Below, in pieces: positions 38,634 through 52,858 of a stretch of DNA of 64,000 nt. Within the stretch, counting starts at the first letter, position 1. Each line of letters starts with the position of its first letter. Below the pieces are notes generated by a model. The model did no database searches. It worked only from the letters and a program-made list of their open reading frames with translations, and was not told the origin of the DNA. This stretch comes from Malacoraja senta (lineage: Eukaryota): NCBI GenBank assembly GCA_038087875.1, contig CM075992.1, positions 8,248,001 to 8,312,000 on the forward strand, written 5' to 3'. The translations under genes and the position numbers were made by a program.

Positions 38634-39156
38634 CTCAAAATACCACTCATCCTTGTTCTCGCAAGGCTGCCTGACTCACTGAGTTCCACCAGCACTTTGT
38701 GGTTTGCACCACAATTGTGAATAGTTTGGGTTACCTATACCAAAAAGGCATCGGAACATGGGAATAGATTTCCTAAAATAATACCAGAATCAGAAGATTA
38801 TGCTTCAAACTGAGCAGGGTGGGAGGGACCCTTTTCTCCATAGAATTACTCAACTGAGGAATAAACAGGTGGAAATCTTTGAATTTTTGAAACATTTTAA
38901 AAATTGTTTGTTTGTGCAATGTGGAAGTTATTTGAATGTCCATCTCTAAATATCTACAAGAAGATGAAGGATTTGACCATTTATTCTTCTGTATTTCCTT
39001 ATGACTTAGGAGGTTGCCATTCAACCCATGGAGCCTAGCCTGCTCTCAGGGAAACTCCATCAACACCCATTCCCCAGTTTACTTCCCTGTAACACGTTCT
39101 CCCTCACCCTCTAATATCCTTTGTCTTTCCACGGGTACTGCCCAATCTGTGACTTC

Positions 39157-39431
39157 AGAGATACAGAGTGAAAACATGCCCCTTCGGCCCAACATGTCCG
39201 CGCCGACCAGCAATCCCCCGTACACTAGCACTATCCTACACACTAGAGCGACAATTTTCAATTTTACCAAAGCCAATTAACCTACAAACCTGTATTACTT
39301 TGGAGTGTGGGAGGAAACCGGAGCACCCGAAGAAAACCCACGCAGGTCACGGGGAGAACGTACAAACTCCGTACAGACAGCAACCCGCAGTCAGGATCGA
39401 ACCCGGATCTCTGGAGCTGCTTCACTGTGCC
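39157..39431 (-). mobile_element. V-SINE
   Basis: Reverse-complement homolog. Confidence 0.85.
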
Positions 39432-40377
39432 AACTATTCCCAACAATTCCAGTATTTGCAGTTTTTTTACTTTTCATCTAAATGCTGGATCTCTGGGAAG
39501 TGAAGTCAAGCAATTCACAGTGGAAGAGTATTTATTGTTAATAGTAGCTGAGCGAATAATAATTTAATTGACCTTAAATTTGATAGAATATTTATAATAT
39601 TTGAACACTACACTTTACCAAAGCATGTACAAAAGCATCAAAGGATTATTAAATACATTCAACAACAAAAAATGAAGACATGTTCCTCTTTTTATGTTAA
39701 TAGAATTGTGAAATGACAAACTATAGGCACGTTTGGCAAAGGATGACAAAGACACACGCAGTCACATTTCAGAAGCAAACACAAGAAACTGCCAGTTGCA
39801 ATTAAAACCATGATTATATCCCTCAATCTTGAGAGATAGATGGTAAACGTTACTGAAAAAAACCAAAAAAAACACTTGTTGATGCTGGAAATCTAAAATA
39901 AAAATAGAAAATGCTGGAAACACACAGGAGAACACACAACTGAGAAGTGCAAAAGGGTTGCATGTCACATTCAAGACCCTTCGTCAGAAGTGGGATGGAG
40001 ACAAAAGAAGCTTGTTAAACTGCAGGGAGTGTGGAAAAGGATTAGGCCTCTAATAGGGTAAACCCAGGGTGGCTGTGAGGATAAGATGTAAACAAGGTTA
40101 TCTGGTTTGATGGCTGAAGTGGAACAGTGAGAGTGACAAAAAGGCAAAGACAGACAAAGAATATAGACAGAAGAATGCAGGAGTTGTGAAGTGCAGAGCG
40201 GGAAGACGTGCCTCGGGTCAGGCTGGGAACGTCCTTTTCTCCCAGAGGAAGAAAACAAATAGGCTCAGCCATATCACAGATGATAAATCGTTACCTCATG
40301 TTATAGAATTCAACACCAAGTCCAGAAGGCTACGACATGCTCAAAGGGAAGATGCGCTGGGCCTTGTTGTAACAAGG

Positions 40378-41050
40378 GCCAGTTTCTTCCCAGCTGTTAT
40401 CAGGCAACTGAACCATCCTCTCACCAACTGGAGAGCGGTCCTGACCTCCCATCTACCTCATTAGAGATTTTCAAACTATTATCTTTAATCAGAATTTACC
40501 TTGCACTAAAGGTTATTTCCTTTATCCTGTATCTGTACACAGCGAATGGCTTGATTGGAATTCATGTATAGTCTTTTTACTGACTGGTTAGCACGCAACT
40601 AAAAGCTTTTCACTGTACCTCGGTACACTTGACAATAATAAACAAGACTAGACAAAACTAAACTAATAGTACAGGGGGCTACAGATTAGCTTGGAGTTCT
40701 ACTGAAAAAACAACTCCAACCATCAAACAACTGATTGGCATTTACATTTGCCGTTAGATCAGGAATTTTAGTTTAGGTAATCATCTCAAAAGTACAAAAT
40801 TATGTTATCAGGCAATGGAGCCATTCTATCAACAACTTGGAAGTGGTCCTGAGCTACTATCTACCTCATTAGAAACCCTAGGACTATCTTTAGGTAGACT
40901 TTACCTTCCACTAAACGTTATTGCCTTTATCATGTATCCCTACACAGTGGATGGCTCGATTGTAATCATGTATAGTCTTTCCGCTGACTGGATAGCACAC
41001 AACAAAAGCTTTCCACTGTACCTCGGTACACGTGACAGTAAACTAAACTA
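40378..41050 (+). mobile_element. Two tandem Rex1-like 3' fragments (40378-40665, 40803-41050)
   Basis: SFFPAVIRQLN plus the shared 3' UTR, twice. Confidence 0.72.
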
Positions 41051-42555
41051 AAAGACATGTAATTTTACTGATGCAAATATGAAGAACTCATTCTTACAGT
41101 TGTGTGGACACCAGATATAGATTTTGCACTCTTGCTGGATAAAATCCACGCTTTCACACAAAAACTGATAATGTATTTCAAATGTGTAACTATAGTTGGG
41201 AGTAATATAAATAAAGTAATTTGAAAATATGTTCAGAATGGTGACACTGGGATCTGCAGTCATCCGTTCCATTTGCAAATCCAGATTGTTCGTATCAAAG
41301 AGAACACATTCAGCTGTTGAAAACAGTCGGTCAGAAAATCCAAGCTCTCAATGGCAAGAGAGTAAAAACTGAACAACAGGTGCATACCAATCTTTCACAC
41401 AGTGACTGCCAAGTTCTGGGCTTAATACTCCCTTCTGTTACAATATCATACAAGATGGTACTGATGACTAAGGCTCTTTCTGGAGGAAGAGGGGCAAGAA
41501 GATGATTCTGCAACAGAGTACAGAAGTAGAGATACACATTGAAGAAAGACACAAAATGCTGGAGTAACTCTAGCATGTCGGGACCCTTCTTCAGATTTTG
41601 CCTGACCCGCTGAGTTACTCCAGCATTTTGTATCTATCTTCGGTCTAAATCAGCATCTGCAGTTCCTTCCTAGAGATACACGTTGATTGTTGAAGGAGCT
41701 GCCAAGGAGGATCTGCAAAGAAGCCATAAGAAACAATTGGTGGAAGATGATATTGGTAGTGGTGTTAAATCTGCTGAAAATCAAGTTCACCACGATTAGC
41801 ACTCGGCGACACCAGTGACTCTGATGCACAATTTGCTACTGTGACAGAGGATAAAATCTGAAAGATGCAGCCATGGAAAATGTGACACCATGCTCAAAGT
41901 CAATGGAGAAGAGTTGTGAGTAGAGGAAAAAGACACAAAGTGCTGGAGTAACGCACCAGGTCAGGCAGCATCGCTGAAGAAGGGTCCCGACCTGAAACAT
42001 CACCTATCCTCGTTGCCCAGAGATTCTGCCTGATCCGCTGTGTTACTCCAGCACTTTGTGACTTTTTTTTGTAACCAGCATCTGCATTTCCTTGTTTCAA
42101 CCGTGATTGCAGGAAGGGAAAGGGCAGGGGAAGTCAAGAGCAGAGTTTTTGGAGGCAACAGGGAACTATGACAGAGCTAAAGGGAGGGACGAGTCACTAC
42201 CTGAAGAGAAAGCTACAAGCTTGAAGATTGTCAAAGGATACAGCAGAATATAGAGCAGATGGAAAAATGGATAGAGAAATGGAGTTTAACCCAGACATGT
42301 GTGAGGGGGTGTATTTAGGAAGTCAATTGCAAAAGAGGAAAGTACACAGATACATGCCGTCATTGTTCGGGGCAATGAGTTTACCACAAGGTGTCTGTCT
42401 CCTGGCAAACTCTTAGTGTTGCTCAAACATTGCACTTGTTCTCCTCCTACTCCGCATTCCTGGGGCATTTGAGAAATCATCTCTATCGTCATAACTGCAA
42501 TCTACATCTTGCCCAAGAAGACATTCAGCTAGCATCTTAAGAAGTAAGTATATAT

Positions 42556-42810
42556 AGCAGTAGTTGCTGCCTAACAGCGTCAGAGACCTAGGTTCGATCC
42601 TGACCACAGGTGCTATCTGTACGGAGTTTATAGATTCTCCCTTGTGCTTTCTCCGGGTGCTCTGGTTTCCTCCCACACTCAAAAAGACGTACAGGTTTGT
42701 CGGTTAATTGGCTTTGGTAAAATTGTCAGTGTGTCCCTAGTGTGTGTAGGATAATGTTAATGTGCGGGGATTGCTGGTCGGCATGGACACGGTGGGCCGA
42801 AGGCCTATTT
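42556..42810 (+). mobile_element. V-SINE
   Basis: B box ggttcgatcc, V-domain and tail. Confidence 0.82.
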
Positions 42811-44642
42811 CATGGATGCGGTTGAGGCAGGTTGATTATCCCAGAACCACAACGTCAGAGAGTCCAAGGGCTGGCCATAGTCAGCTCATTCACCAATGAT
42901 CTTCCTTCCATCCTAATGCAAGAGGCAAGGTTGTTCAGGATTGACTGACTGCACTATGTTGTATTCCATTTACCCATGTCCTCAAGAAATCAAACAGCCC
43001 GTGCCTGCAAACTGCAAGATTTATAGGATGACACGAGGAACTGTTGATGTTGGTATCTTGAGGAAATAGAAAGCATTAGAGGAACTCAGCAGGTCAGGCA
43101 ACATCTGTGGAGGAAATGGACAGAGATGACTTTTCAGGGCAGGGCCTTTTTTTGATTAAAGATGCTCCAATCTGTGTTCTATCAGTGAGCTCAAGCAGAA
43201 GACAACCATGCTATTTAGTTCAGGGACCCTCTTTGCTAAATTCAGAAATTTTACCCAATCCTTAGGCTAGCTACTTTTTGGCACTGAGCCATTTCCTTTG
43301 ATGCAAAACTACCATTTGAGAGAAGCAGCTGGACAACTTTTCCTGTTTTTGCTGAAGGGATATTTTTAAATTCTTTAAATAGTCACTGCTTGTTTACCGT
43401 CAAAACCTTTAATGCAGCTTCGAAATCTACCGCAGCCAACACACCACTCATGCTTTCAGAGTTTCATAAGTTCATACGTGATAGGAGCAGAATTAGGCCA
43501 TTCGGCCCATCAAGTCTACTCCACCATTCAATCACGGCTGATCTATCTTTCCCTCATAACCCCATTCTCCTGCCTTCTCCCCATAACCCCTGACACCCAC
43601 ATCAAGAATCTATCTCTCTGCCTTAAAAATATCCATTGATTGCCTCCACACCCTTCTATTGAATTCCACAGATTCACCACCCTCCGACTAAAGGCATTCC
43701 TCCACATCTCCTTCCTAAAGGTTTCTAAAGGTAACAGGTTATTTTACTCAGCAGAGACGGTATAAGTAACGGATGGTGCGATAGCCGACAGATGTGATGC
43801 ACTAGGACAATATGAAAATGCTTCCAATAGGTGAGCCATCTTCTCCAAGTAGCTTATATTCCTCGTTGCTCAGGGAGGTAAAAATGGAAAATAGAGGTAT
43901 AAGCAAGGTACCACAATAATACAATAGGCCAATTAGTTCATGAACAGGGAGTCAGTACTTTCCAACTAAACTATTTAGTTTAGCTTGGTGATTTGGAAAC
44001 AAACAGAAAAAAAAAGTGCAGGAGGATCAGGGGTGGAAAGAAAGCTTGGAATAAGGGGTGGAGATGGGTCTAAATCTGGCCAATGTTGATATAGGTGAGG
44101 CGAGGTGTCTGGCAGATGGGTGGTATATGTGACAAAGATGAGAGGTGAAAAAGAGACAAAAGGATGTCTGATAATGAAAGAGGAGTGAAATGCAAAGCCA
44201 GTGGGAAGAAAATGTGTTTGGAGAGGGCGAGGTGAGTAAAAAGGGGATAACATGGAAATGGGGGGCTCTGGAATGGGAGGGGTTGGAGATGCGGAAGAGA
44301 AAAGATAAGCAGGATAACTGGGATGGGCAGCATCCCAGGTTTCTCTGCCTATGGCCATCTGTTGCCGGCCCTGATTTGTCCTGGTCTTTTTTTGCTTCCA
44401 GTTCCCTGCCCATCCTACAGTCTGAAGAAGGTTCCTGACCCAAAACCTTACCTATCCATTTTTTTACGGAGATGCTGCCTGAACCACTGAGTTACTCCAA
44501 CTTTTTGATTATATCATTGGTGTAATGTACCATCTTCAGTTCCTTTTTATATTACATAAAGTTCTTTGAGGGACTGGTTATGATGCAAATCAACTCCCAT
44601 CTTAGCGATGACCTGGACCTACTTCAAACCGCCTACTTCCAC

Positions 44643-44935
44643 GGCAGCACGACGCCGTAGCGGTGGAGTTACTGCCTTACAGCACCAGAGACCCAGGTTC
44701 GATCCTGACTATGGATGCTGTCTGTACGGAGTTTGCACGTTCTCCCCGTGACCTACGTGAGTTTTCTCCGACATCTTTGGTTTCCTCCCACACGCCATAG
44801 ACATACAGGTTTGTGAGTTAATGGCTTGGTATAAATGTAAATAATTCCTAGTATAGGATAGTGTTAGCGTGGGGGATCGCTGGTCGGTGCAAATACAGCG
44901 GGCCAAAGGGCCTGTTTCCACACTGTGTGTCTAAA
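44643..44935 (+). mobile_element. V-SINE
   Basis: Full head, V-domain and tail. Confidence 0.87.
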
Positions 44936-46854
44936 ATTTAATTAACAGTGGGTATGATCTCCCTTGTGCTGCCCTCTGCGCTCAACCTCTTGGGTAACAA
45001 GAACATGTGTGTCAGGCTGTTAACTACACCTTGGCATACCATTTAACCCTTTTTAAACACCGTCAAACTCAGGCAATTAAGTCTCATTTCTCTATGCAGC
45101 TGGATCCACGACTTCTATCGGCAGACCTTAATTAGTTCAGATTGGCAACAACACCCCTCCCTCCCCCTCACTGACCATGGACCTCTGGACAGTGTACTCT
45201 GTTCCCTGCTCTTCTCTCTATATCAAAGAATGCAAAGCCGCAACACCATCTTTACATTTGCCGATGGTACCAACATCGTGGAGCTAATAATGGGTAATGA
45301 ACAGCATGAGTGCAGGAGGGAAATCGACAATGTGGTTGAGTGGTATCAGCACAGCCACCTTGCTCTCAATGTTAGCAAGACCAAGGAGTCGATTGTTTAC
45401 TTCCAGAAGAAAAAGCCAAGGGACCATGACTATCTTCATTGACGGGACAGCAGCGAAGACAGTTTCTCAACTGAGAGATATCCACAAAGTTTGAACTTCC
45501 AGATGATTATTATTTGAGGCTAAAATGTATTGGCTTAACTTGAAAAATGTCAGGTTTATAGAACTAAATGCGATTATTTTTATGATCATAATTTATTTTT
45601 ATGATTACTTTCTGCGTCGAAATGCAGCCTAAAAGTCCCATAAAGGTGCAACATAACTTCCTGATTCTTATACTCAATGCCCCGACTGATGAAGGCAAGC
45701 ATGCTATATGCCTTCTTTGGCACATTCTATTAGATTTCCTAATTAAATGCAGTGCCTGCTTTATAGCCTCCTTCTTAGCTGTAAGATCCTATAGCCGCAG
45801 CCTGATATGACTGGCATACTGTTCCGAGCCAAAAAAAAAATCATCGAAGAAAATGAATCCAGAGATTTGTGATCATGCAAGTCACTGATTTTTATGACCA
45901 GGTGCGTTTCGGTTCCGCACAGAACATTATTATTTTTAGTTCTACAATTCAGTTGAGGCCATACATTTTAGCTTCAGATAATAATAATCTGGAAGTTTAA
46001 ACTGCGTGGAGAATTCACAGTTGAAAAGCAAATCTTATATGTACATAAACTCCCGGTCTGGGTAACCCAGCAGTATGAATATTGTCAGAAATTCTGAAGA
46101 AAAGGTCTCGTCCAGAAACGTCACCCACTCCTTCTCTCCAGAGATGCTGCCTGTCCCACTGAATTACTCCAGCATTTTGTGTCTAGTTCATTGTCTTGTT
46201 TGGTTCATTAGTTGCTCTTGACCCATTTAGTGCCCTCTCCCTTTGAATAGAACCTTTCCTGTTATGTGACATAAACAGAGCTCTTTGGTGTGAAATGTAG
46301 CACTCATTAGCCAGGGGTATCATTGTGACCTTGAAAGAAGAACGGTCCCCAAAGCACAAGACTGCACATTAGTTTAAAACGCATTGTTTGCACTTAACTT
46401 ACTTAAGTGGACTCATGATACAGAGTCCAAACATATAATACATTTTAAGATAATGAAAACTAGCAAAGATAAGTGTCCAAAACAGAATCAAGGGATATGG
46501 GGAGAAAGCAGGAACGGGGTACAGATTTTGGATGATCAGCCATGTTCATATTGAATGGTGATGCTGGCTCGAAGGGCCCAATGGCCTCCTCCTGCATCTA
46601 TTTTCTATGTTTTGAACCCATGGCCTCTTGTTTCTGATAACACCACCATGGGGAAAACGATTCTGACTATCTACTCTATCTATGCCTCTCATAATCTCAT
46701 ATACCTCTCTATCAGGTCACCCGTCAGCCTCTTTGCTCCGGGGACACCAAGCAAAGTCTATCATATCTCTCTGCATAACTGAAGTCTTCCGATCCATGCC
46801 ACATTCAAGTGAATCTCGTCCGCACTCTCTCTGTTGCAATCTATTCCAATAGTG

Positions 46855-47028
46855 TTGTAGGAAGGAACTGCAGATGCTGGTATAAACTGAAGATAGACAC
46901 AAAATGCTGGAGTAATTCAGCGGGACAGGCAGCATCTCTGGAGAGAAGGATTGAGTGACGTTTCGGGTCAAGACCCTTCTTCAGACTGAGGAAGAAGGGT
47001 CTCGGCCCGAAATCACCCATTCCTTCTC
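46855..47028. mobile_element. Penelope-derived inverted-dimer element
   Basis: Inverted arms, flanked by ttccaatagtg duplication. Confidence 0.75.
46955..46986 (-). ncRNA. Minimal hammerhead ribozyme-like motif
   Basis: Minus strand reads gtCTGAAGAAGGGTCTTGACCCGAAACGTCac. Confidence 0.6.
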
Positions 47029-47439
47029 TTCCAATAGTGCACACAATACTCAGTGTGCTCGGACCTATAGTTTGTAAAAGCGCATCATATTCTCCAGATT
47101 TTAATATGCTAGGCCCTGACTTATGAAGGCAAGGATGTCATCTGACTTCTTCACCTTCCTATCTACCAGTGTTGCAACTTCCAATGAACAATGGGTATGA
47201 ACCACAGGCAGGACCCGAGGTCAGGATTGAACCCGGATCTCTGTCGCTGTGGGACAGCTGCACTACTGTGTCATGGTGTATTCATCTGAGGGGATAGAAG
47301 GAAAGCCCACTTGCTGCATGGAGACATTTGTCATATTTATTCAGAAAGCTACCACAGTTGCCCAGATTTCATTGCAGATCTTATAAATATTTATGTTTTG
47401 TAATCAGACCAGTCCCTTGAGGGATATAGGTATAATATG

Positions 47440-47856
47440 GAACACCGCGGAGCCTGGGATCTCACGACGAGGTCGCCAGAGTCGGAGCATCGACCAGCGC
47501 GGCTCGTGTACTTCGGGAGCCGCGGTCTACTGGGAGGAGGCGGCCGCTCCAGACACTCCGGGCCGCTGAGAGTGTTCACCCGACGCCGGAGCTTCATCAT
47601 CCGGCGAGAGGGCCTGAGGCATCGGGCTGCCGTATCGGCGACTGCAGAGGCCTCAATAGGCCCCGACTATGGGTGAACTGGGGATGGGACTGGACTTTGC
47701 TGCCTTCCCCCACAGTGGGTACCATTGTGGGGGGATGTTTTTATGTTGTTAAATTCTTTGATGTTATCTTTATTTGTGTGCTGCATGGCAAGTCAAATTT
47801 CACTACACCAATTGGTATATGTGACAATAAATGTCTATCTATCTATCTATCTATCA
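47440..47856 (+). repeat. GC-rich retro-repeat with a tail homologous to 1-180
   Basis: Shared gactttg.tgccttcc..cacagtgg..ggggatgtttt..atttcact..gtgacaataaatgt and (tatc)n end. Confidence 0.6.
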
Positions 47857-48654
47857 TAAGAGAGTACTTAAGGAAATTATGAAGGCAGAGAACCATTGAG
47901 CTATACAGCACAGAAACAGGCCCTTCAGCCCAACTCATCCATGCCAACCAAGTTGCCTAGTCCCACTTGCCTAGTCCATATACCACCCCTCACCTCTTTC
48001 CTATAACTATATACCCAAGTGTATTTTAATCATTGTAATCGTACCCACGTCTACCACTGGGTAAAAAGATGTCATGAAATATCCTAAGCAGGTAAGATTA
48101 AGAAAAATACTTTGTTGTTATATAAGTGCAAATGGATAGCAAGTGCAAGGATGGGTTATCTTAACAACCAAAGGGATAACCTGTGGTTGGAGCTGAAGGG
48201 TGTGGGCAGCGCAGGGAATGAGGGTGTGGCCCTAAATAAATACCTCACCTGTTCTCACCAAGGAGACAGACGTGGAGGACAATATGATCAGGGAGGGTAA
48301 CATTGATTGTCCGACAAGATATTCAGAAGACGGAGATATTAGATGTCTTGGAACACAAGAGAGTGGATAAATTCCCAGGGCCAGACTGGATCTAACCCAG
48401 AATGCTAAGGAAATCAAAGATGACTGGGGCCTTGATAAAAAACTTTGTACCTTGTTAGCCACAATCAATGTACCAGATTGTTTATTTAAGAAGGGCAGCA
48501 GGGATTGGCAGGTAACTACATCCAAGTGAGCATTATGTCAGAAGTATGGAAATTATTGGAAAAAATCCTAAGGGACAGGACTTATGATCATTTGGAAAGG
48601 CAAGAACAGATTACGGATGGTCCGCATAGCTTTATGAGAGGGAGATTTTTTTTG

Positions 48655-48956
48655 TTTTACTTTTAGAGATACTGCGCGGAAACAGGCCCTTCGGCCCACC
48701 GAGTCTGTACTGACCAGCGATCCCCGTACACATTAACACTACCCTACACATATATTATTGACAATTTTACATTTATACCAAGCCAATTAACCTACAAACC
48801 TGTACCCCTTTGGAGCATGGGAGGATTCCGAAGATTTTGGAGAAAACCCACGCAGGTCATGAGGAGAACGTACAAACAAGCACCCGTAGTCAGGATCGAA
48901 CCCAGGACTCTGGCACTGCAAGCCAGTAACTCTACCTCTACGCCACTGTGCTGCCC
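48655..48956 (-). mobile_element. V-SINE inserted in an old CR1 relic
   Basis: Full-length reverse-complement copy; degenerate CR1 RT on both sides. Confidence 0.85.
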
Positions 48957-51004
48957 TTGACTCACAATTTGATTGAATTTATTGCAGAAGTAGCAGAGGA
49001 AATTGATGAAGGGCGGCATAGTGATTTTTAAGCAACCATTAATATAATCCAAATAAAACTGTTAAATTATTTGTAGATTTCCTGCAAATAATGAAAAGGG
49101 CTTGAGTACAACAAATCTGACCAATTTGATTGAATTGTTCAAAAAGATTTCAACACATTTTGGTGTAGTCTATACGGCCTCTGTCAGTAGTCAGTAGGCC
49201 TCTGACAAGGTTCAATATGGAAAACTGATCGCAAAGGTTAAGACCGTGGGATCCAGGATAAACTGGATCCAAAATTGGCTTGGTGATAGAAGGGAGGTAT
49301 GGGAGGAGGAGGGTAATTTTATAAGCACACGAAAGGTCACTCCTGCCACCAAAGATCCAGGAAAAACAGCTCCCATCTACCCAGTCTCTCCTTATAATGC
49401 AAGCCGTCCATTCTACTCACATCCATGCAAATCTTTTCTGCGCCTTCCCAGCTTAATAACAATTTCCTCATCGCTAATTAACCAGAATTGCACATGATAC
49501 TTCACATGCTGTTTCACCGATGTCCTGCACAGTCATAACATGATGTCCCATGTATTGTGTAAGAAGGAACTGCAGATGCTGGTTTAAACCGAAGATAGAC
49601 ACAAAATGCTGGAGTAACTCAGTGGGACAGGCAGCATCTCTGGAGAGAAGGAAAGGGTGACGCTTCGGGTCGAGACCCTTCTTCAAACTCCAACTATTTG
49701 TGTCCCAAATATTATGTTCAGTGCCCTGACCAATGAAAATGTGCCAAATGCCTTCTTCGGTCCCACCACACCCCCCCCCCCCCCCCCCCCATCTGAATAT
49801 CACCACCTTCATGGAATTATGCACTTGAGATACAAAATAGAAACAGGCCCTTCAGCCCACGGAGTCTGCGCCGACCATCGATCACCCCGTACACTTACAC
49901 ACTGAGAACAATTTACAATCTTTACCAAAACCAATTAACCTACAAACCTGTATGTCTTAGGAGAGATTTAGGGAGGGAAATTAAGGAGCTGAAAACCTGT
50001 TTCTCACTCTAAATCAGACATAAATCAGTCTGAAGAAGGGTCTCGACCCAAAACGTCACCCGTCCCTTCTCTCCAGAGATGCTGCCTGACCCGCTGTGTC
50101 ACTCCAGCATTTTGTATCTACCTTATATTTCTATAACTCAATTTAAGCATTCCTGATACAGAGTAAGAAAACATATTTAAAGCCTACGAGAAGCAATTGT
50201 GCTCGATCTCAGAGAATCAAACATTATCTTTAATTCGTAGGAAGGAACTGCAGATGGTGATTTACATCAAAGATAGACACAAAATGCTGGAGTAACACAG
50301 CGGGACAGGAAGCATTGCTGGAGAGAAGGAATGGCAGTCTGTAGAAGGGTCTCGACCCAAAACGTCACCATTCCTTCTATCCAGAGATGCTGCCTGTCCA
50401 GCTGAGTTGCTCCAGCATTTTGTGTTGGTTATCTTTAATTCCTTGGTGAATGGAACAGATATCATTGATCAGCTAAAGGCTTCTCAATAATCCAAAAGGA
50501 CACTTTGCACCAACTCCTTTCAACTGTAGTTTCATTGTCAAATGAGCATGTGATTTAACTGAAGGCAAAATGAGCTGCACTACACTTCCTGTTAGCTGAA
50601 GCAGACTACGAAGCTACAAAAACCACAAGCGGCTTACTACACCAGATACATACATGGAAATAACCTTATTAACATGGCTTAAAATTTATTTTTTACTTTT
50701 CAAAAACTAATTTAGCTTATTATTGGATTGATCTTTTTCTAACAAGCTACCATCTAAAGAAAAATCTGCTGATCGAATCAACATCAGTGACCACAACACG
50801 TCACACAAAAGCATCCCTTCGGCTAAGAATAGGAAGTTCTTGTAGCTTTGCAGTGCATAAGTTTCCTCTTTCTCAAACACAGCAATAGTAAAAAGAAACC
50901 TAGTCTGTGGGAGAGGGAACTAAGAGGGAGAGAGTGAAGGGGAAAGTGAGGAGGGAGGGAAAGGGAGAAAGAAATAGAGAGAGGGAGCACAAGATTTATT
51001 TTAG

Positions 51005-52472
51005 GTACACAAAAATGCTGGAGAAACTCAGCGGGTGCAGCAGCATCTATGGAGCGAAGGAAATAGGTAACGTTTCGGGCCGAAACCCTTCTTCAGACTG
51101 ATAGGGGGTGGGGAGAAGAAAGGAAAAAAGGAAAAGGAGGAGGAGGAGCCCGAGGGCTGGGGGAGGGGAGGAGACAACCAGATGGCTGATGAAGGGGAGG
51201 GGACAGCCAGGGCTAGCAGAATTGGGAGAATTCAACGTTCAGGCCACCAGGATGTAGACTGCCCAAGCGGAATATGAGGTGCATTTCCTCCAATTTACGG
51301 TGTTGCTCGCTGTGGCCATGGAGGAGACCCAGGACAGAGAGGTCAGATACGGAATGGGAGGGGGAGTTGAAGTGCTGAGCCACCGGGAGTTCAGGTTGGT
51401 TATTGCGGACCGACCGGAGGTGTTCGGCGAAACGATCGCCAAGCCTCCGCTTGGTCTCACCGATGTAGATCAGCTGGCATCTAGAGCAGCGAATGCAATA
51501 GATGAGGTTGGAGGAGATGCAGGTGAACCTCTGTCGCACCTGGAACGACTGCTTGGGTCCTGGAATGGAGTGGAGGGGGGAAGTGAAGGGACAAGTGTTG
51601 CATCTCTTGCGGTTGCAAGGGAAAGTACCAGGGGAGGGGGTGGTATGGGAGGGAAGGGAAGAATTGACAAGGGAGTTACGGAGGGAGCGGTCTTTGCAGA
51701 AGGCAGACATAGGGGGAGATGGGAAGATGTGGCGAGTGGTGGGGTCACGTTGGAGGTGGCGAAACTGACGGAGGATCACTTGTTGTATGTGACGGCTGGT
51801 GGGGTGAAAGGTGAGGACTAGGGGGACTCTGCCTTTGTTGTGAGTGGGGGGATGGGGAGAGAGAGCAGTGTTGCGGGGTATGGCAGAGACCCTGGTGCGA
51901 GCCTCATCTATGGTGGAGGAGGGGAACCCCCGTTCCCTGAAGAATGAGGACATTTCAGATGCCCTGGTGTGGAACGCCTCATCCTGGGAGCAGATGCGGC
52001 GTAGACGGAGGAATTGGGAGTGGGGGATGGAGTCCTTACAGGAAGCAGGGTGGGAAGAAGTGTAGTCCAGATAGCCATGGGAGTCGGTAGGTTTGTAGTG
52101 GATGTCGGTAAGGAGTCTATCACCTGCGATGGAGATAGTGAGGTCAAGGAATGGTAGGGAAGTGTCGGAAATGGTCCAGGTGTATTTGAGTGCCGGATGG
52201 AAGTTGGTGGTGAAGCGGATGAAGTCAGTCAGTTGTGTGTGGGTGCAGGATGTGGCACCAAAACAATCATCGATGTAGCGGAGGTAGAGGTCGGGGATGG
52301 GGCCCTGGTACGCATTGAACAGGGATTGTTCTACGTACCCGACAAAGAGGCAGGCGTAGCTGGGGCCCATGCGTGTGCCCATAGCTACGCCTTGTATTTG
52401 GAGGAAATGGGAGGAGTCAAATGAAAAGTTATTAAGTGTAAGTACCAGCTCCGCTAGGCGGAGGAGGGTGTC
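51005..52472 (-). mobile_element. Penelope-like element, 5'-truncated (RT C-terminus plus GIY-YIG endonuclease)
   Basis: ORF 51213-52382 with MGTRMGPSYACLF, RYIDD, and CxxCxxIYIGETKRRLGDRFAEH. TSD agatttattttag at 50992-51004 and 52473-52485. Confidence 0.95.
51067..51098 (-). ncRNA. Minimal hammerhead ribozyme-like motif in a Penelope terminal repeat
   Basis: Minus strand reads gtCTGAAGAAGGGTTTCGGCCCGAAACGTTac, about 115 nt past the GIY-YIG stop codon. Confidence 0.65.
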
Positions 52473-52485
52473 AGATTTATTTTAG

Positions 52486-52858
52486 CTTAGTTTAGAGATA
52501 CAGCACAGAAAATGGCCCTTCGGCCCACCAAGTCTGCACTGACCAGAGATCCCCATACACTAACACTGTCCTACACACACGAGGGACAATTTTACGTTCA
52601 AGAAGGAACTGCAGATGCTGGAGAATCGAAGGTAGACAAAATTGCTGGAGAAACTCAGCGGGTACAGCAGCATCTATGGAGCGAAGGAAAGAGGCAACGT
52701 TTCGGGCCAAAACTCTTCTTCAGACTAGGGACAATCTTACATTTATACCAAGCCAATTAACCTACAAAACTGCACGTCTTTATATTATGGGAGGAAACCG
52801 ATCTCGGAGAAAACCCACGTAGGTCCCGGGGAGAACATACAAACTCCGTACAGACAGC
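52486..52858 (-). mobile_element. V-SINE with nested Penelope-derived repeat (52596-52727)
   Basis: The insert is flanked by gggacaat(t/c)ttac duplication. The SINE head continues near 54960-55008 after the CR1 cluster. Confidence 0.8.

Noticed and set aside
40042..40272. ORF starting MAEP as an alternative pkn1 N-terminus
   Set aside because: No suitable donor, and it runs into purine/pyrimidine-biased Penelope-associated sequence.
50630..50660. Possible alternative first exon (MYVSGV followed by gtaagc, phase 0)
   Set aside because: Short chance-level match with no homology or promoter evidence.
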